From Bacteroidota bacterium (GTDB taxonomy: Bacteria; Bacteroidota; Ignavibacteria; UBA10030): 64,000 nucleotides of DNA. The notes under the pieces are model-generated. The model searched no databases. It was not told where the DNA came from and saw only the letters and a program-made list of their open reading frames with translations. The translations under genes were made by a program, and so were the position numbers. Below, piece after piece: positions 1-10,268 of the stretch. How positions within the stretch are numbered: the stretch's first letter is position 1; every line of letters begins with the position of its first letter. Location: assembly GCA_050013655.1 (NCBI GenBank), contig JBEKEV010000002.1, positions 13,091-77,090 of the forward strand, written 5' to 3'.

Positions 1-77
1 AAGCTATTACGTATCATCAGTTGAAGGTTGAAGACCACGATGATGATTGGGTTGCGCATGTATTTGTGGACATCTAG
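1..77 (+). CDS. archease, C-terminal fragment (gene starts upstream of the window)
   Basis: Frame 3 reads AITYHQLKVEDHDDDWVAHVFVDI with a stop at 75-77. This resembles the conserved archease C-terminus. It ends 3 nt before rtcB, the known archease partner. Confidence 0.55.
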   Translation, partial: AITYHQLKVEDHDDDWVAHVFVDI

Positions 78-80
78 CCT

Positions 81-1508
81 ATGTCAATGACGCAGTTAGA
101 TGAATATCGATATTTAATCCCCAAATCATTCCGAGATGGAATGAATGTGGAGGGATTGATCTATGCAAGCAAGGAACTTATCGGTGCGATTGAGCGGGAT
201 GAAACACTCGAACAGGTAGCGAATGTTGCAACGCTTCCGGGTTGGGTTGGCCGTTCTCTCGCTATGCCGGATGCACATCAGGGCTATGGTTTCGCGATAG
301 GCGGTGTCGCTGCCGCTGATTTGGAAAAAGGAGTTGTCTCTGCCGGCGGTGTTGGATTTGATATCAACTGCGGCGTACGACTGCTCGCTTCCGATTACTC
401 ATTCGAGGAAGTAAAACCAAAAGTCGATTCACTGCTCCATCAGATGTTTTGTGATATTCCGTGCGGTACAGGAAAATCAGGAATATTGAAAATTTCTTTT
501 GAGCAGCTCGATAAAGTTCTACTTGAAGGTGCGCAATGGGCTGTCGAAAACGGCTATGGAACACCAGATGATCTGGAGCATATAGAGGAAAATGGCAGGA
601 TGGTCAATGCCGATCCAAACGAAGTAAGCAAGCGTGCCAAGCAGCGCGGACGCGATCAGCTCGGCACTCTCGGTTCCGGCAATCATTTTGTCGAAATACA
701 ATATATTACGGAAGTGTTTGATGAAGAAGCTGCGAAGGCGTTTGGCCTCCGACTCAATCAAATTGTAGTGATGATCCACAGTGGATCGCGCGGTCTCGGT
801 CATCAGGTATGCACAGATTATCTGGAAGTGATGCAGGAAGCGATGCCGAAGTATAATATCAAGGTAGTAGACCGGCAGCTTGCATGTGTACCCATCAAAT
901 CGAAAGAAGGACAAAGTTATTTGAAAGCAATGGGAGCAGCGGCAAACTTTGCATTTGCTAATCGCCAGATGATGAGCCATTGGACCCGAAAAGTATTTGA
1001 GCGTGTCATTGGTTCCGGCAGTCTCCGTCTTGTGTACGACGTTGCGCACAACATCGCCAAAGAAGAGGAACACCGTATCAACGGAAGGAATGTAAAAGTA
1101 TTAGTGCATCGGAAAGGAGCCACACGTGCTTTCCCAAAACATCATCGGGATGTTCCGCGTGATTATTTTGAAATAGGTCAGCCCGTACTGATTCCCGGAA
1201 GTATGGGTACGTGCTCATATGTCTTAGTGGGAACAGAAAAGGCGATGTCGGAGACTTTTGGTTCTACATGCCATGGTGCGGGACGTGCCATGAGCAGACA
1301 CGCAGCAAAGAAAGATATCAGCGCGGAACAATTGATTCATCAACTCAAGGAAAAAGGGATTCACATACGCGGTGCTTCAAAAAGTGGTTTGACCGAAGAA
1401 AAGCCGGAAGCGTATAAAGATGTGAGTGCTGTCGTTGATGTTGTTCATCATGCAGGCATTTCTCGAAAAGTAGCAAAGATGGTTCCGATAGGTGTTATGA
1501 AAGGGTAG
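81..1508 (+). CDS. rtcB: RNA-splicing ligase RtcB
   Basis: 475-aa ORF with RtcB hallmarks MPDAHQGYGF, GGVGFDINCG, GSGNHF, HSGSRGLG, HRKGAT and CHGAGR. Confidence 0.95.
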   Translation: MSMTQLDEYRYLIPKSFRDGMNVEGLIYASKELIGAIERDETLEQVANVATLPGWVGRSLAMPDAHQGYGFAIGGVAAADLEKGVVSAGGVGFDINCGVRLLASDYSFEEVKPKVDSLLHQMFCDIPCGTGKSGILKISFEQLDKVLLEGAQWAVENGYGTPDDLEHIEENGRMVNADPNEVSKRAKQRGRDQLGTLGSGNHFVEIQYITEVFDEEAAKAFGLRLNQIVVMIHSGSRGLGHQVCTDYLEVMQEAMPKYNIKVVDRQLACVPIKSKEGQSYLKAMGAAANFAFANRQMMSHWTRKVFERVIGSGSLRLVYDVAHNIAKEEEHRINGRNVKVLVHRKGATRAFPKHHRDVPRDYFEIGQPVLIPGSMGTCSYVLVGTEKAMSETFGSTCHGAGRAMSRHAAKKDISAEQLIHQLKEKGIHIRGASKSGLTEEKPEAYKDVSAVVDVVHHAGISRKVAKMVPIGVMKG

Positions 1509-1622
1509 ATGGAACTGAGCAAAAAAAAGAAACGTTATAGGGAGAGGAAGAAATATCATGGAGAAAGAAAATAGGAGTGGATAAAAAACTGAAAACTTGT
1601 AAACGAATAATTTAGGATTTCA

Positions 1623-2720
1623 ATGCTCAAACTTACTGAAGAAAATATTTTGCAATCACTCAAACAAGTCAAAGATCCCGATTTGCATCGCGATATTGTG
1701 ACTCTTGGATTTGTCAAGAACCTTACAATCAAAGGAAGCGATGTCAAATTCGATCTGCAGCTCACAACGCCCGCGTGTCCGGTGCGAGATCAGTTTATCA
1801 TCGATTGCGAGAAAGCTCTACGAATGACAATCGAAGGAGTCGGGAAGATTGATATTACGATGACTTCTCATGTGCTACGTAATACGCATGCGCAAAAAGA
1901 GGACTTCCTTTCTGGAGTAAAGAATACGATCGCTGTCGCGAGCGGAAAAGGAGGGGTTGGCAAATCAACTATTGCTGTGAACTTGGCAGTCGCACTTGCA
2001 ATGGATGGTGCTAAGGTTGGATTATTAGATGCGGATGTGTACGGTCCAAGTGCGCCTTTAATGTTCGGAATTAGCGAGAAACCGAAAGTATCGGGCGGTA
2101 AACTTCAACCGCTTGAAAAGTATGGCGTTAAGGTGATGTCGATCGGATTTCTTGTCAACCCGATGGAAGCAGTCATCTGGCGCGGTCCCATGGCGAGCGG
2201 CGCTGTAAAACAATTCATAGCAGATGTAACCTGGGGCGACCTGGATTATCTGATCTTCGATATGCCTCCCGGTACGGGAGATATTCAGCTGACACTTGTT
2301 CAGACGATTCCGCTGACGGGAGCAGTCATAGTGACAACACCGCAAGACGTTGCTCTTGCCGATGCGAAAAAAGGTCTGGTGATGTTTAATAAAGTTAATG
2401 TACCGGTGCTCGGGATTGTTGAGAATATGAGTTATTTCATTTGCAGTCATTGCGGTCAAAGAGAAAACATTTTTGATCTTGGCGGCGGTAAACGAATGGC
2501 TCATGAATTGAACGTTCCATTCCTCGGTGAAATTCCCATCGACACAAAAGTTCGTGTTGGCGGAGATAAAGGCGATCCGATTGTCCATGGAGAACCGGAA
2601 TCTCAGCAGGGAAAAATTATACAAGCCATCGCACGGCAGCTTGCGGCACAGATTAGTATTCAATATCTTGGAACACCGACTGTACCGAAGATAGAGATAT
2701 TATTGCCGAATCAGAACTGA
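1623..2720 (+). CDS. apbC: Mrp/NBP35-family Fe-S cluster carrier ATPase (ApbC-like)
   Basis: N-terminal DUF59-like segment (VKDPDLHRDIVTLGFV), deviant P-loop SGKGGVGKST, and a C-terminal CxxC (FICSHCG). Confidence 0.9.
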   Translation: MLKLTEENILQSLKQVKDPDLHRDIVTLGFVKNLTIKGSDVKFDLQLTTPACPVRDQFIIDCEKALRMTIEGVGKIDITMTSHVLRNTHAQKEDFLSGVKNTIAVASGKGGVGKSTIAVNLAVALAMDGAKVGLLDADVYGPSAPLMFGISEKPKVSGGKLQPLEKYGVKVMSIGFLVNPMEAVIWRGPMASGAVKQFIADVTWGDLDYLIFDMPPGTGDIQLTLVQTIPLTGAVIVTTPQDVALADAKKGLVMFNKVNVPVLGIVENMSYFICSHCGQRENIFDLGGGKRMAHELNVPFLGEIPIDTKVRVGGDKGDPIVHGEPESQQGKIIQAIARQLAAQISIQYLGTPTVPKIEILLPNQN

Positions 2721-2732
2721 CTTGGAGAAAAC

Positions 2733-2963
2733 GTGTTAACGTTACAAACTATTGAAGAAAGTCTTGAACGTCTGCGAATCTTTCTTGCAATCGACGGGGG
2801 TGATGTTCAGCTCGTGCGATTTACAGAAAACGGCATCGTCGAAGTACGATTACTGGGGTCGTGTGCTGGTTGTCCGATGTCGTCGATGACATTGCGGGCT
2901 GGTATTGAACGGTCGTTAATGATACAGCACCCGGAGGTGCGTCGTGTGGAACAGGTGAAGTAG
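2733..2963 (+). CDS. NifU C-terminal-domain (Nfu-like) Fe-S assembly protein
   Basis: 76 aa with GTG start. LAIDGGDVQLV and GSCAGCPMSSMTL (CxxC) are typical of the Nfu/NifU C-terminal fold. Confidence 0.8.
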   Translation: MLTLQTIEESLERLRIFLAIDGGDVQLVRFTENGIVEVRLLGSCAGCPMSSMTLRAGIERSLMIQHPEVRRVEQVK

Positions 2964-2972
2964 CCTCTGAAT

Positions 2973-3022
2973 AACCTTCGCAAGGATTTCAATACTTTGT
3001 CGCGAGAACCTTGTGAAGGATT
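2973..3022. repeat. pair of 16-nt near-palindromic units (AACCTT-NNN-AAGGATT) separated by 18 nt
   Basis: aaccttcgcaaggatt (2973-2988) and aaccttgtgaaggatt (3007-3022) lie between the convergent nfu-like and ftsE genes. The same unit family and the same 18-nt spacing recur at 29543-29592. Confidence 0.6.
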
Positions 3023-3028
3023 ATCGGA

Positions 3029-3700
3029 CTATTTCCCTTTCTTCATATCTATTTCAGTCAGCTTCCCGTCTTTCAACTGAACCACTCGTGCAGGATATTT
3101 TTTTACTAAATCATAATTATGCGTTGCCATAAGTACAGCGGTACCGCGCATATTGATTTTCTTGAGAAGTTCCATAATCTCCGCGGAAGAAATTGGGTCA
3201 AGATTACCTGTCGGTTCATCTGCAAGGAGGACAACCGGTTCGTTGACCAGTGCCCGCGCTATGACGACACGCTGCTGCTCCCCGCCTGACAACTCATGCG
3301 GCATATGATTGCGCTTATGACTCAAGCCGACATCAGCGAGTACGTGCAAGACTGTTTTCTTGATTTCACTGCGTCGTGCGTTCGTGACGAAAAGTGCGAA
3401 GGCAACATTATCGTAGACATTCCGGTCTTCGAGTAATTTAAAATCTTGAAATACAATTCCCAACCGACGCCGGATGAGGGGTATTTGACGATTCGTAAGA
3501 GTCGCGGAATCATAGCTGGAAATCTTCACCCTTCCGGTGGAGGGATACAAATCAAAGTACAACAACCGCATGAGTGAACTTTTTCCGGTTCCGGTTTGTC
3601 CGACCAGATACACAAACTCACCTTGTTGTACTGAGAAATTGAGGCGGTCGAGGACTTGTTGACCATCGAACGATACCGAAACGTTCTTTAATTCAATCAT
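3029..3700 (-). CDS. ftsE: cell-division ABC ATPase FtsE
   Basis: Walker A GQTGTGKSS, signature LSGGEQQRV, Walker B VLLADEPTGNLD. Start placed at ATG 3700 (MIELKNVSV), which gives an ATGATTGA start/stop overlap with pdxA. Confidence 0.85.
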   Translation of the reverse strand: MIELKNVSVSFDGQQVLDRLNFSVQQGEFVYLVGQTGTGKSSLMRLLYFDLYPSTGRVKISSYDSATLTNRQIPLIRRRLGIVFQDFKLLEDRNVYDNVAFALFVTNARRSEIKKTVLHVLADVGLSHKRNHMPHELSGGEQQRVVIARALVNEPVVLLADEPTGNLDPISSAEIMELLKKINMRGTAVLMATHNYDLVKKYPARVVQLKDGKLTEIDMKKGK

Positions 3701-4688
3701 GATCGCGCCTATTCTGTGATATTTTGACGGCAAGCTTGATCGCTTCGATTATGCTGGACAGGTTTGCTTTGTTCTTTCCAGCAATGTCATAGGCTGTGCC
3801 GTGGTCAGGTGAAGTGCGGATGATCTTCAACCCTGCTGAAAAGTTCACACCTTTTCCGAATGAACTCATCTTGAGTGGAATTAATCCCTGGTCATGGTAC
3901 ATCGCCACGACTGCATCATACTTTTTATACGCATGTGTTCCAAAGAATGCATCGGCAGAAAAGGGACCTTCGGCAAGAATTCCTGCTGCTTTGGAATCTG
4001 CTATTGCCGGTGCGATCATTCCATCGTCTTCCGTACCGAACAATCCTTTCTCACCTGCATGTGGATTAAGTGCAAGGATGGCGAGCCGCGGTTTCTTCAA
4101 GCGAAAATCTTTTTTCATTGATGTATCGATAATGGCGATTTTTTCGATAACTTTTTCTTTGGATATGTTCGCTGCAACATCCTTGAGCGCCGTGTGGATA
4201 GTAACAAGTCCTACGCGCATTTTATCTGATACAAGCATCATCGCTACGTTCTGAGATCGACTCAGGAGTGCAATCATCTCTGTTTGTCCTGGGAAACTAT
4301 AACCGGCAAGATTCAGCGCTTCTTTGGATATTGGAGCGGTGACCATTGCCGCTGCCTTACCCTGCACGCAGAGTTCAACAGCGCGCTCGAGAGCAACACC
4401 TGCAGACCGACCAGCCGTTTTTGTGGTAGTGCCATACTGGATGTCTGCACCGATACCATCCCCAACATCTATAACCGAAAGACCGGATCGATGAAGCTGG
4501 ACTAACGTTGTTTGTGCAAGCGGTACTTTGAGTTTACAGTTTTTTGCTGTCTGTTCGAAAACACTTAATGGCCCCATAAGAATCGGTACGCAGAGTTTTT
4601 TTATAGCTGGATGGATTGCGGCTTTGAGTGCAAGTTCTGGACCGATGCCGTTAAAATCACCGATCGTTATCACAATAATGGGTTTCAA
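3693..4688 (-). CDS. pdxA: 4-hydroxythreonine-4-phosphate dehydrogenase PdxA
   Basis: ITIGDFNGIGPEL, VTIHTALKDV, LNPHAGEKG and SPDHGTAYDIAGK. Confidence 0.9.
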   Translation of the reverse strand: MKPIIVITIGDFNGIGPELALKAAIHPAIKKLCVPILMGPLSVFEQTAKNCKLKVPLAQTTLVQLHRSGLSVIDVGDGIGADIQYGTTTKTAGRSAGVALERAVELCVQGKAAAMVTAPISKEALNLAGYSFPGQTEMIALLSRSQNVAMMLVSDKMRVGLVTIHTALKDVAANISKEKVIEKIAIIDTSMKKDFRLKKPRLAILALNPHAGEKGLFGTEDDGMIAPAIADSKAAGILAEGPFSADAFFGTHAYKKYDAVVAMYHDQGLIPLKMSSFGKGVNFSAGLKIIRTSPDHGTAYDIAGKNKANLSSIIEAIKLAVKISQNRRDHD

Positions 4689-6037
4689 TAATTCTCCGTC
4701 TTCACAAGAATATAATTGCCGTTTTTCTTTGAATCCCTAAAAGTGAACCGCTTTTTAAGGCTTTCGTATGTCCAGATTTCGGTTGGCGCTGTATTGGGTT
4801 TCAGCAAACGATTTGTTATGGATGGTGCGCCGAATAAAATATAGATGCGTCCACGGTCGGTACGATACCCGTCTTTTTCATCTGTAGTAGAAAATCTCTT
4901 GATCGATTCATCTACGCGCCGGTAGTATTCAGCCATGACTGAATTATACGCACGCGTGGTGTCCGGATTGCGTTTGTGCCAGAACGCTCGAAGCGCTTTC
5001 CTCGATTTATCGGAACTGAACGCAGACATCTGGTCGATTTCTTCTTCCGTCGCGATAAGTTTCAATGCGTCAACGGTTACTTTAGGATCGGAAAGAGAAC
5101 GAGGTTTGAGCGGCCAAATAACGTTATATCTAAATTCTTTTACAGACTTCAACGCACCTTGCGTCACTGTCGCGGTGAGCAGATATGTACCCGCATCCAA
5201 TCGTTCTGTCGGAATGGGTGCAAAGACAAATCTACTGTGTGCCGACCCTTTTATTATTGTAAAAGAGACGCGCTTTGCATTTTCAATCGCGGCAAGTGTG
5301 CCGTTTCGCTGAGAACATTGTTCGCCCTGTAATTGTTGCGAAATCTCATCATCGTCTTCGTTCTTGCTTTGTATTCTCCATGCAAGATGAATGTCGGTGC
5401 TTGTATCTGGTGTAACGACCTGAAACAAACATACCCCTGATTGTCCAATGATAACATTTCCGCCATGGTTTTTCGGGAAAATGATAGTATGGTCGGATAA
5501 AGAGGAGTCGGATTGTATCGTATCGATAAACATGATTCGAGAAACATTCAAATCGGAAGCAGAAAAAGTCCGAGCATCCACTTTCGTATCGCGATTGATG
5601 AATGATTTACCTGACTCGCTGTCTTTTGCTTCAACAACAATTTTAAAAAACCCCTTTTTGAGCTTGAAAGTAAAAATTCCTTGTATCTCATCGGATGGAG
5701 GAGCGTCTTCGGCAGGTATCGAGATTCGTTCAATCCGCATCGGGCGGACCTCGCGTCCAACTGTGACATTGCTGCTATCCATAATTTCAACAATTAATTC
5801 TCCTTTTGCTTCGTAACTTTCTTCTTGTGTATTGGCTGTTTTTGCAAAAAAGAGAAACGATGGACTTACACGGTAGAGAACAACGAGCTCGATGGATGTC
5901 GTGTCGCTGCTCCAATACGGAATAGCTTCAAATATCACCGGACTCATAGTGTGCGCATCCAACCGAGTAGTCTCTTTGTCGAATTGAGCAAAGGATATCG
6001 AAGAGAAAAAAACAAAAAAGAAAGTAAGATATCTCAT
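4685..6037 (-). CDS. GWxTD domain-containing secreted protein
   Basis: C-terminal GYRTDRGRIYILFGAPS ... PTEIWTY matches the GWxTD domain. Start moved to internal ATG 6037, which gives the signal peptide MRYLTFFFVFFSSISFAQ. Confidence 0.75.
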   Translation of the reverse strand: MRYLTFFFVFFSSISFAQFDKETTRLDAHTMSPVIFEAIPYWSSDTTSIELVVLYRVSPSFLFFAKTANTQEESYEAKGELIVEIMDSSNVTVGREVRPMRIERISIPAEDAPPSDEIQGIFTFKLKKGFFKIVVEAKDSESGKSFINRDTKVDARTFSASDLNVSRIMFIDTIQSDSSLSDHTIIFPKNHGGNVIIGQSGVCLFQVVTPDTSTDIHLAWRIQSKNEDDDEISQQLQGEQCSQRNGTLAAIENAKRVSFTIIKGSAHSRFVFAPIPTERLDAGTYLLTATVTQGALKSVKEFRYNVIWPLKPRSLSDPKVTVDALKLIATEEEIDQMSAFSSDKSRKALRAFWHKRNPDTTRAYNSVMAEYYRRVDESIKRFSTTDEKDGYRTDRGRIYILFGAPSITNRLLKPNTAPTEIWTYESLKKRFTFRDSKKNGNYILVKTENY

Positions 6038-6639
6038 TATTGTTGCCTTGTAGGTTTTTGTTCGATAGGAGACCATATAATTCACGGCACTGGAAAAATA
6101 CGGAGAAAGTGAGGGAAAGGCAAACGCGTGTAGTCTTTTTTCTTTTCCTGCCTTTCTTCTGACGCTTTTTGAACTTTGCAGTAAATGAGAAATGATTGAG
6201 AAGACAAGAACAGATAAAAAGGTCGGTCGCATGAAAGAGCAAATGATTGTCCCTCGAATATTTCAATGTCCTTCAAGGCGTCATGAGGAGTCTACGACAG
6301 AAGTGGAAAAAATATCAGCATATATCTTCCATATCTAAGAGACGAATTGTTCTCTCAATCATCCAATGTACTGGTAAAAGTCTCGTATAAACTTTTCAAG
6401 ATAAAGAGGTAAAACTGTGGAAAAGCATAAGATTCTCTATTATATTAATACTGCAGTGAATGTTTTATAGTAAATAGGCAGTCACAGCTGGACTATTTGA
6501 GCGATTCGTTATTTACGATAGCAGATCAGCATGTATTCAGCGGTAACTTTTACATGAAGAATGAAAGGGAAACATCATCGGAGAACGAACGATGGTGTTC
6601 CAATGTTCTATAAGTAGATAGCAAAAAGGAAGATATTTT

Positions 6640-7911
6640 ATGTTGCTCTACAGCCGTGGCTCAGAAAGTGACGTCCTTTACGAAGAAGATCTGAAGCAAG
6701 GACTTACTGAGGCGTTTTTAAAATTAGGCGCAAAGAAAAAGGTTTTAGCAATTCCTCCGGATTTTACTCGCTTCCACTCGCATGCCGGTATTCTCACGCG
6801 CCTGACGTGGGAGTATTACAAAGAAAAGCTCACCGATATTCTTCCGGCGCTTGGCACACACACTGCCATGACCGAAAAAGATATCAAAACCATGTTCGGT
6901 ACTACACCGCTGAATCTCTTTCGTGTGCACGATTGGCGGAAAGACGTGGTCACACTGGGGGAAGTTCCATCTGATTTTATTTATCAACAATCAGAAGGAA
7001 AATTGGATTATGCATGGAAGGCGCAGGTCAACAAACTTCTTGTGGAAGGGAATTTTGATTTGATATTGTCGCTTGGCCAAGTGGTGCCGCACGAAGTTAT
7101 CGGCATGGCGAACTACAACAAAAATATTCTTGTGGGAACCGGCGGACCTGAAGGGATTAACAAAAGTCATTTTCTCGGAGCTGTGTACGGGATGGAACGC
7201 ATTATGGGACGCGCAGACAATCCGGTACGACGCGTTTATAATTATGCATCAGATCATTTTGCAAAGCATTTGCCGATCGTCTATGTTCAAACGGTTGTCT
7301 CGCGCGGCGCAGACGGACAACTGAAAGTTCGCGGTTTCTATATTGGCGATGATATGGAATGCTTTAATCTTGCAGCAGCATTATCGCTCAAAGTAAATTT
7401 TCAAATGGTTGAAGAGCCATTGAAGAAAGTTGTCGTGTATCTTGATCCATCGGAATTTAAAAGTACCTGGCTTGGCAACAAGAGTATCTATCGTACTCGC
7501 ATGGCAATTGCCGATGGAGGAGGACTGATCGTTCTGGCTCCGGCTCTCAAAGAATTTGGCGAGGACAAGCAAATAGATGCGCTGATTCGTAAATATGGTT
7601 ATGTCGGTACGCCAAAAGTATTGGAACTTGTGAAAGCCGAAGACGACCTGAAAATAAATTTAGGTGCAGCTGCACATTTGATTCATGGTTCGTCGGAAGG
7701 ACGCTTCTCGATTACGTATTGCCCCGGGTATCTTACGAAACAGGAAATCGAAAGTGTCAACTTCAACTATGCAGAGTTGAACAAGATGACGAGGAAGTAC
7801 GACCCCGAAAAACTCAAAGATGGTTTTAACATCATGCCCGATGGAGAAAAGATATTCTATATTTCAAATCCAGCATTGGGTTTATGGGCTTATCAAGATC
7901 GTTTCAAATAG
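6640..7911 (+). CDS. LarA-like / DUF2088-family protein (function unknown)
   Basis: 423-aa ORF. The overall pattern ([38 protein letters not shown]) recalls lactate-racemase-N-terminal-like proteins. Assignment is from memory only. Confidence 0.5.
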   Translation: MLLYSRGSESDVLYEEDLKQGLTEAFLKLGAKKKVLAIPPDFTRFHSHAGILTRLTWEYYKEKLTDILPALGTHTAMTEKDIKTMFGTTPLNLFRVHDWRKDVVTLGEVPSDFIYQQSEGKLDYAWKAQVNKLLVEGNFDLILSLGQVVPHEVIGMANYNKNILVGTGGPEGINKSHFLGAVYGMERIMGRADNPVRRVYNYASDHFAKHLPIVYVQTVVSRGADGQLKVRGFYIGDDMECFNLAAALSLKVNFQMVEEPLKKVVVYLDPSEFKSTWLGNKSIYRTRMAIADGGGLIVLAPALKEFGEDKQIDALIRKYGYVGTPKVLELVKAEDDLKINLGAAAHLIHGSSEGRFSITYCPGYLTKQEIESVNFNYAELNKMTRKYDPEKLKDGFNIMPDGEKIFYISNPALGLWAYQDRFK

Positions 7912-7969
7912 CTTAAAAAATCATTATCGTGTTGTACACATCAACTACTCACTTATAGGAAGAACAAAT

Positions 7970-9427
7970 ATGGAACAAAAAGCTGATTTTGGGTTAGTCG
8001 GATTAGCGGTCATGGGCGAGAATCTTGTACTGAATATCGAGAGCCGCGGATTCACCGTCGCCGTATTTAACCGAACGACGGAAAAGGTAGATAAATTTTT
8101 ACAGAGCCGAGGCGCAGGAAAGAAATTTATCGGTACGCATACGATTCAAGAACTCGTTGCTGCTTTGAAACGCCCGCGCAAAGTGATGCTCATGGTCAAA
8201 GCAGGGAAGGCAGTGGATGAATTCATCGAGAAGCTGATTCCTTTCCTCGAACCGGGCGATATTATTATCGATGGTGGTAATTCACATTTTCCTGATTCCA
8301 TCCGAAGAACAAAGTATTTGGAGAGTAAAGGTTTATTGTTTATCGGCACAGGTGTTTCCGGCGGCGAAGAAGGCGCATTGAAAGGACCATCCATTATGCC
8401 CGGCGGTTCAGCAGCGGCATGGCCGGCTGTGAAACCGATCTTTCAGGCAATTGCGGCAAAAGTAGAAGATGGTACACCCTGCTGCGATTGGGTCGGCGAT
8501 AACGGCGCGGGTCACTTCGTAAAGATGGTGCACAATGGCATCGAGTACGGTGATATGCAGCTCATCTGCGAATGTTATCAGATGATGAAAGAAGGTCTGG
8601 GCATGAGCAATAAAGAGATGTATGAAGTCTTCAATCAGTGGAACGAAGGCGAATTGAATTCCTATCTTATCGAAATCACTCGAGATATTCTCAATTATAA
8701 AGATGAAAAGAAAAAGTATGTTGTCGATTCTATTCTCGATACAGCCGGACAAAAAGGAACCGGAAAATGGACAAGTGTTGCCGCGCTCGATCTTGGTATT
8801 CCCATGACGATGGTTTCAGAAGCTGTCTTTGCGCGCTGTCTCTCGGCGATTAAAGATGAACGTGTTATTGCTTCGAAGATTTTGAAAGGGCCCTCAAAGA
8901 AAAAAATCAGCGGCAATAAAAAAAACTTTGTGGAAGATATCCGCAAGGCAATGTATGCTTCTAAGCTGACATCGTATGCACAAGGATATATGTTGATGAA
9001 GGAGGCTGCAAAGGAATATACATGGAATCTTAATTATGGCGGCATCGCACTTCTGTGGCGCGGCGGATGTATTATTCGCAGCACCTTCCTTGGAAAAATC
9101 AAAGTTGCATATGATAAAAATCCAAAACTCACAAATCTTCTTCTCGACCCATACTTCAAGAAGATCATGACGAACTGCCAGGAATCATGGCGGAAGGTTG
9201 TCGCAACGGCAGCACAGGTTGGAATTCCGATGCCATCAATGAGTTCTTCTTTAGCATTCTACGATGGTTATCGCCACAAGAGACTGCCGGCAAATCTCTT
9301 GCAAGCACAGCGTGATTATTTTGGCGCGCACACCTATGAACGCGTCGATAAACGGCGCGGCGAGTTCTTCCATACGAATTGGACAGGTCGCGGCGGCGAC
9401 ACAGCTTCCTCGACGTACATCGCATAA
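7970..9427 (+). CDS. gnd: 6-phosphogluconate dehydrogenase (decarboxylating)
   Basis: Start at ATG 7970 ([19 protein letters not shown], Rossmann motif). [21 protein letters not shown] signature and C-terminal [13 protein letters not shown]. Confidence 0.95.
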   Translation: MEQKADFGLVGLAVMGENLVLNIESRGFTVAVFNRTTEKVDKFLQSRGAGKKFIGTHTIQELVAALKRPRKVMLMVKAGKAVDEFIEKLIPFLEPGDIIIDGGNSHFPDSIRRTKYLESKGLLFIGTGVSGGEEGALKGPSIMPGGSAAAWPAVKPIFQAIAAKVEDGTPCCDWVGDNGAGHFVKMVHNGIEYGDMQLICECYQMMKEGLGMSNKEMYEVFNQWNEGELNSYLIEITRDILNYKDEKKKYVVDSILDTAGQKGTGKWTSVAALDLGIPMTMVSEAVFARCLSAIKDERVIASKILKGPSKKKISGNKKNFVEDIRKAMYASKLTSYAQGYMLMKEAAKEYTWNLNYGGIALLWRGGCIIRSTFLGKIKVAYDKNPKLTNLLLDPYFKKIMTNCQESWRKVVATAAQVGIPMPSMSSSLAFYDGYRHKRLPANLLQAQRDYFGAHTYERVDKRRGEFFHTNWTGRGGDTASSTYIA

Positions 9428-9456
9428 AATCTTTATCGATGTTGCTGCTTCACTTC

Positions 9457-9496
9457 AAAGCCCCGATGTTTTATATTCGTTGGGGTTTTATTTTTT
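9457..9496 (+). terminator. rho-independent terminator after gnd
   Basis: Stem aaagccccgatg / cgttggggtttt with a GC core, followed by tttta-tttttt. Confidence 0.6.
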
Positions 9497-9531
9497 ATGT
9501 ATCAATTATTGGAACACAATAGGAAATAAAT

Positions 9532-10239
9532 ATGAAAAAGAATGCCTGTATTCTCATAAGAATAATTTTCTGGATATTGTTTGTAGGCTTATCTTTTTGC
9601 TTGGCGACAAGTCCTTTGCAAAGAGACAGTTGTGCTCAATCCGATACTACTAAAATTACAGAATGGGAATTATCGTCGATATTGGAATCTTCTCCCCAAG
9701 GGATAACGGTTGTTGGAAAGCCGGAAATAGTGTATTGTCCCTATGGCAAAGCAGTTCAGTTTGATGGGCAAGATGATGCAATGATACTCGATACCAATTT
9801 GTTGGTGAACATGCATCAATTTACTATTGAAGTCATTATGCACCCGGATACAAACGGACAACGTGAACAACGGTTCCTTCATTTCGGAGAGGTGCAAGGG
9901 GAACGTGTGATGATCGAAACGAGATTAAAAAAGAATGATCAATGGTACCTCGACACGTACATGAAATCCGGACAAACAGCGCAAAGGCTTGCGGATTCCA
10001 CGAAACTTCATCCGCTCAATCAATGGTATCATGTCGCCTTTGTTGCGAATGATGGAAAGATGGAAACGTATGTCAATGGCAGGAAAGAGCTTGAAGGACA
10101 AATTCCTTTTTCACCGTTTACCATAGGTCAAACTTCTATCGGTGTAAGGCTCAATCGTGTAAATTGGTACAAAGGAGTGATTTATAAAATCAAAATTACA
10201 CCAATGAAACTGGGACCGGCACTCTTTATGAAACAATAA
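9532..10239 (+). CDS. secreted LamG/concanavalin-like domain protein
   Basis: Signal or anchor peptide (ILIRIIFWILFVGLSFCLA). FTIEVIMHPD ... WYHVAFVANDGKMETYVNG ... IGVRLN pattern is typical of the LamG jelly-roll. Confidence 0.5.
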   Translation: MKKNACILIRIIFWILFVGLSFCLATSPLQRDSCAQSDTTKITEWELSSILESSPQGITVVGKPEIVYCPYGKAVQFDGQDDAMILDTNLLVNMHQFTIEVIMHPDTNGQREQRFLHFGEVQGERVMIETRLKKNDQWYLDTYMKSGQTAQRLADSTKLHPLNQWYHVAFVANDGKMETYVNGRKELEGQIPFSPFTIGQTSIGVRLNRVNWYKGVIYKIKITPMKLGPALFMKQ

Positions 10240-10268
10240 TAAATCGTATGAGATTGCATCTGTAAAAA

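Noticed and set aside
364-1559. Several 60-184-aa minus-strand ORFs and a 68-aa plus-strand ORF inside rtcB. Similar antisense ORFs lie inside most long genes (for example 2058-2663, 3796-4254, 8408-8752, 18789-19397, 43026-43400 and 45263-45733).
   Set aside because: They fall entirely within strongly supported conserved CDS, their composition is low-complexity or skewed, and they carry no recognisable motif. They are typical shadow ORFs.
7820-7969. 150-nt 5' extension of the gnd ORF, overlapping the end of the upstream gene.
   Set aside because: The conserved Rossmann N-terminus starts at ATG 7970 ([16 protein letters not shown]). The extension overlaps the 6640-7911 CDS and has no homology signal.
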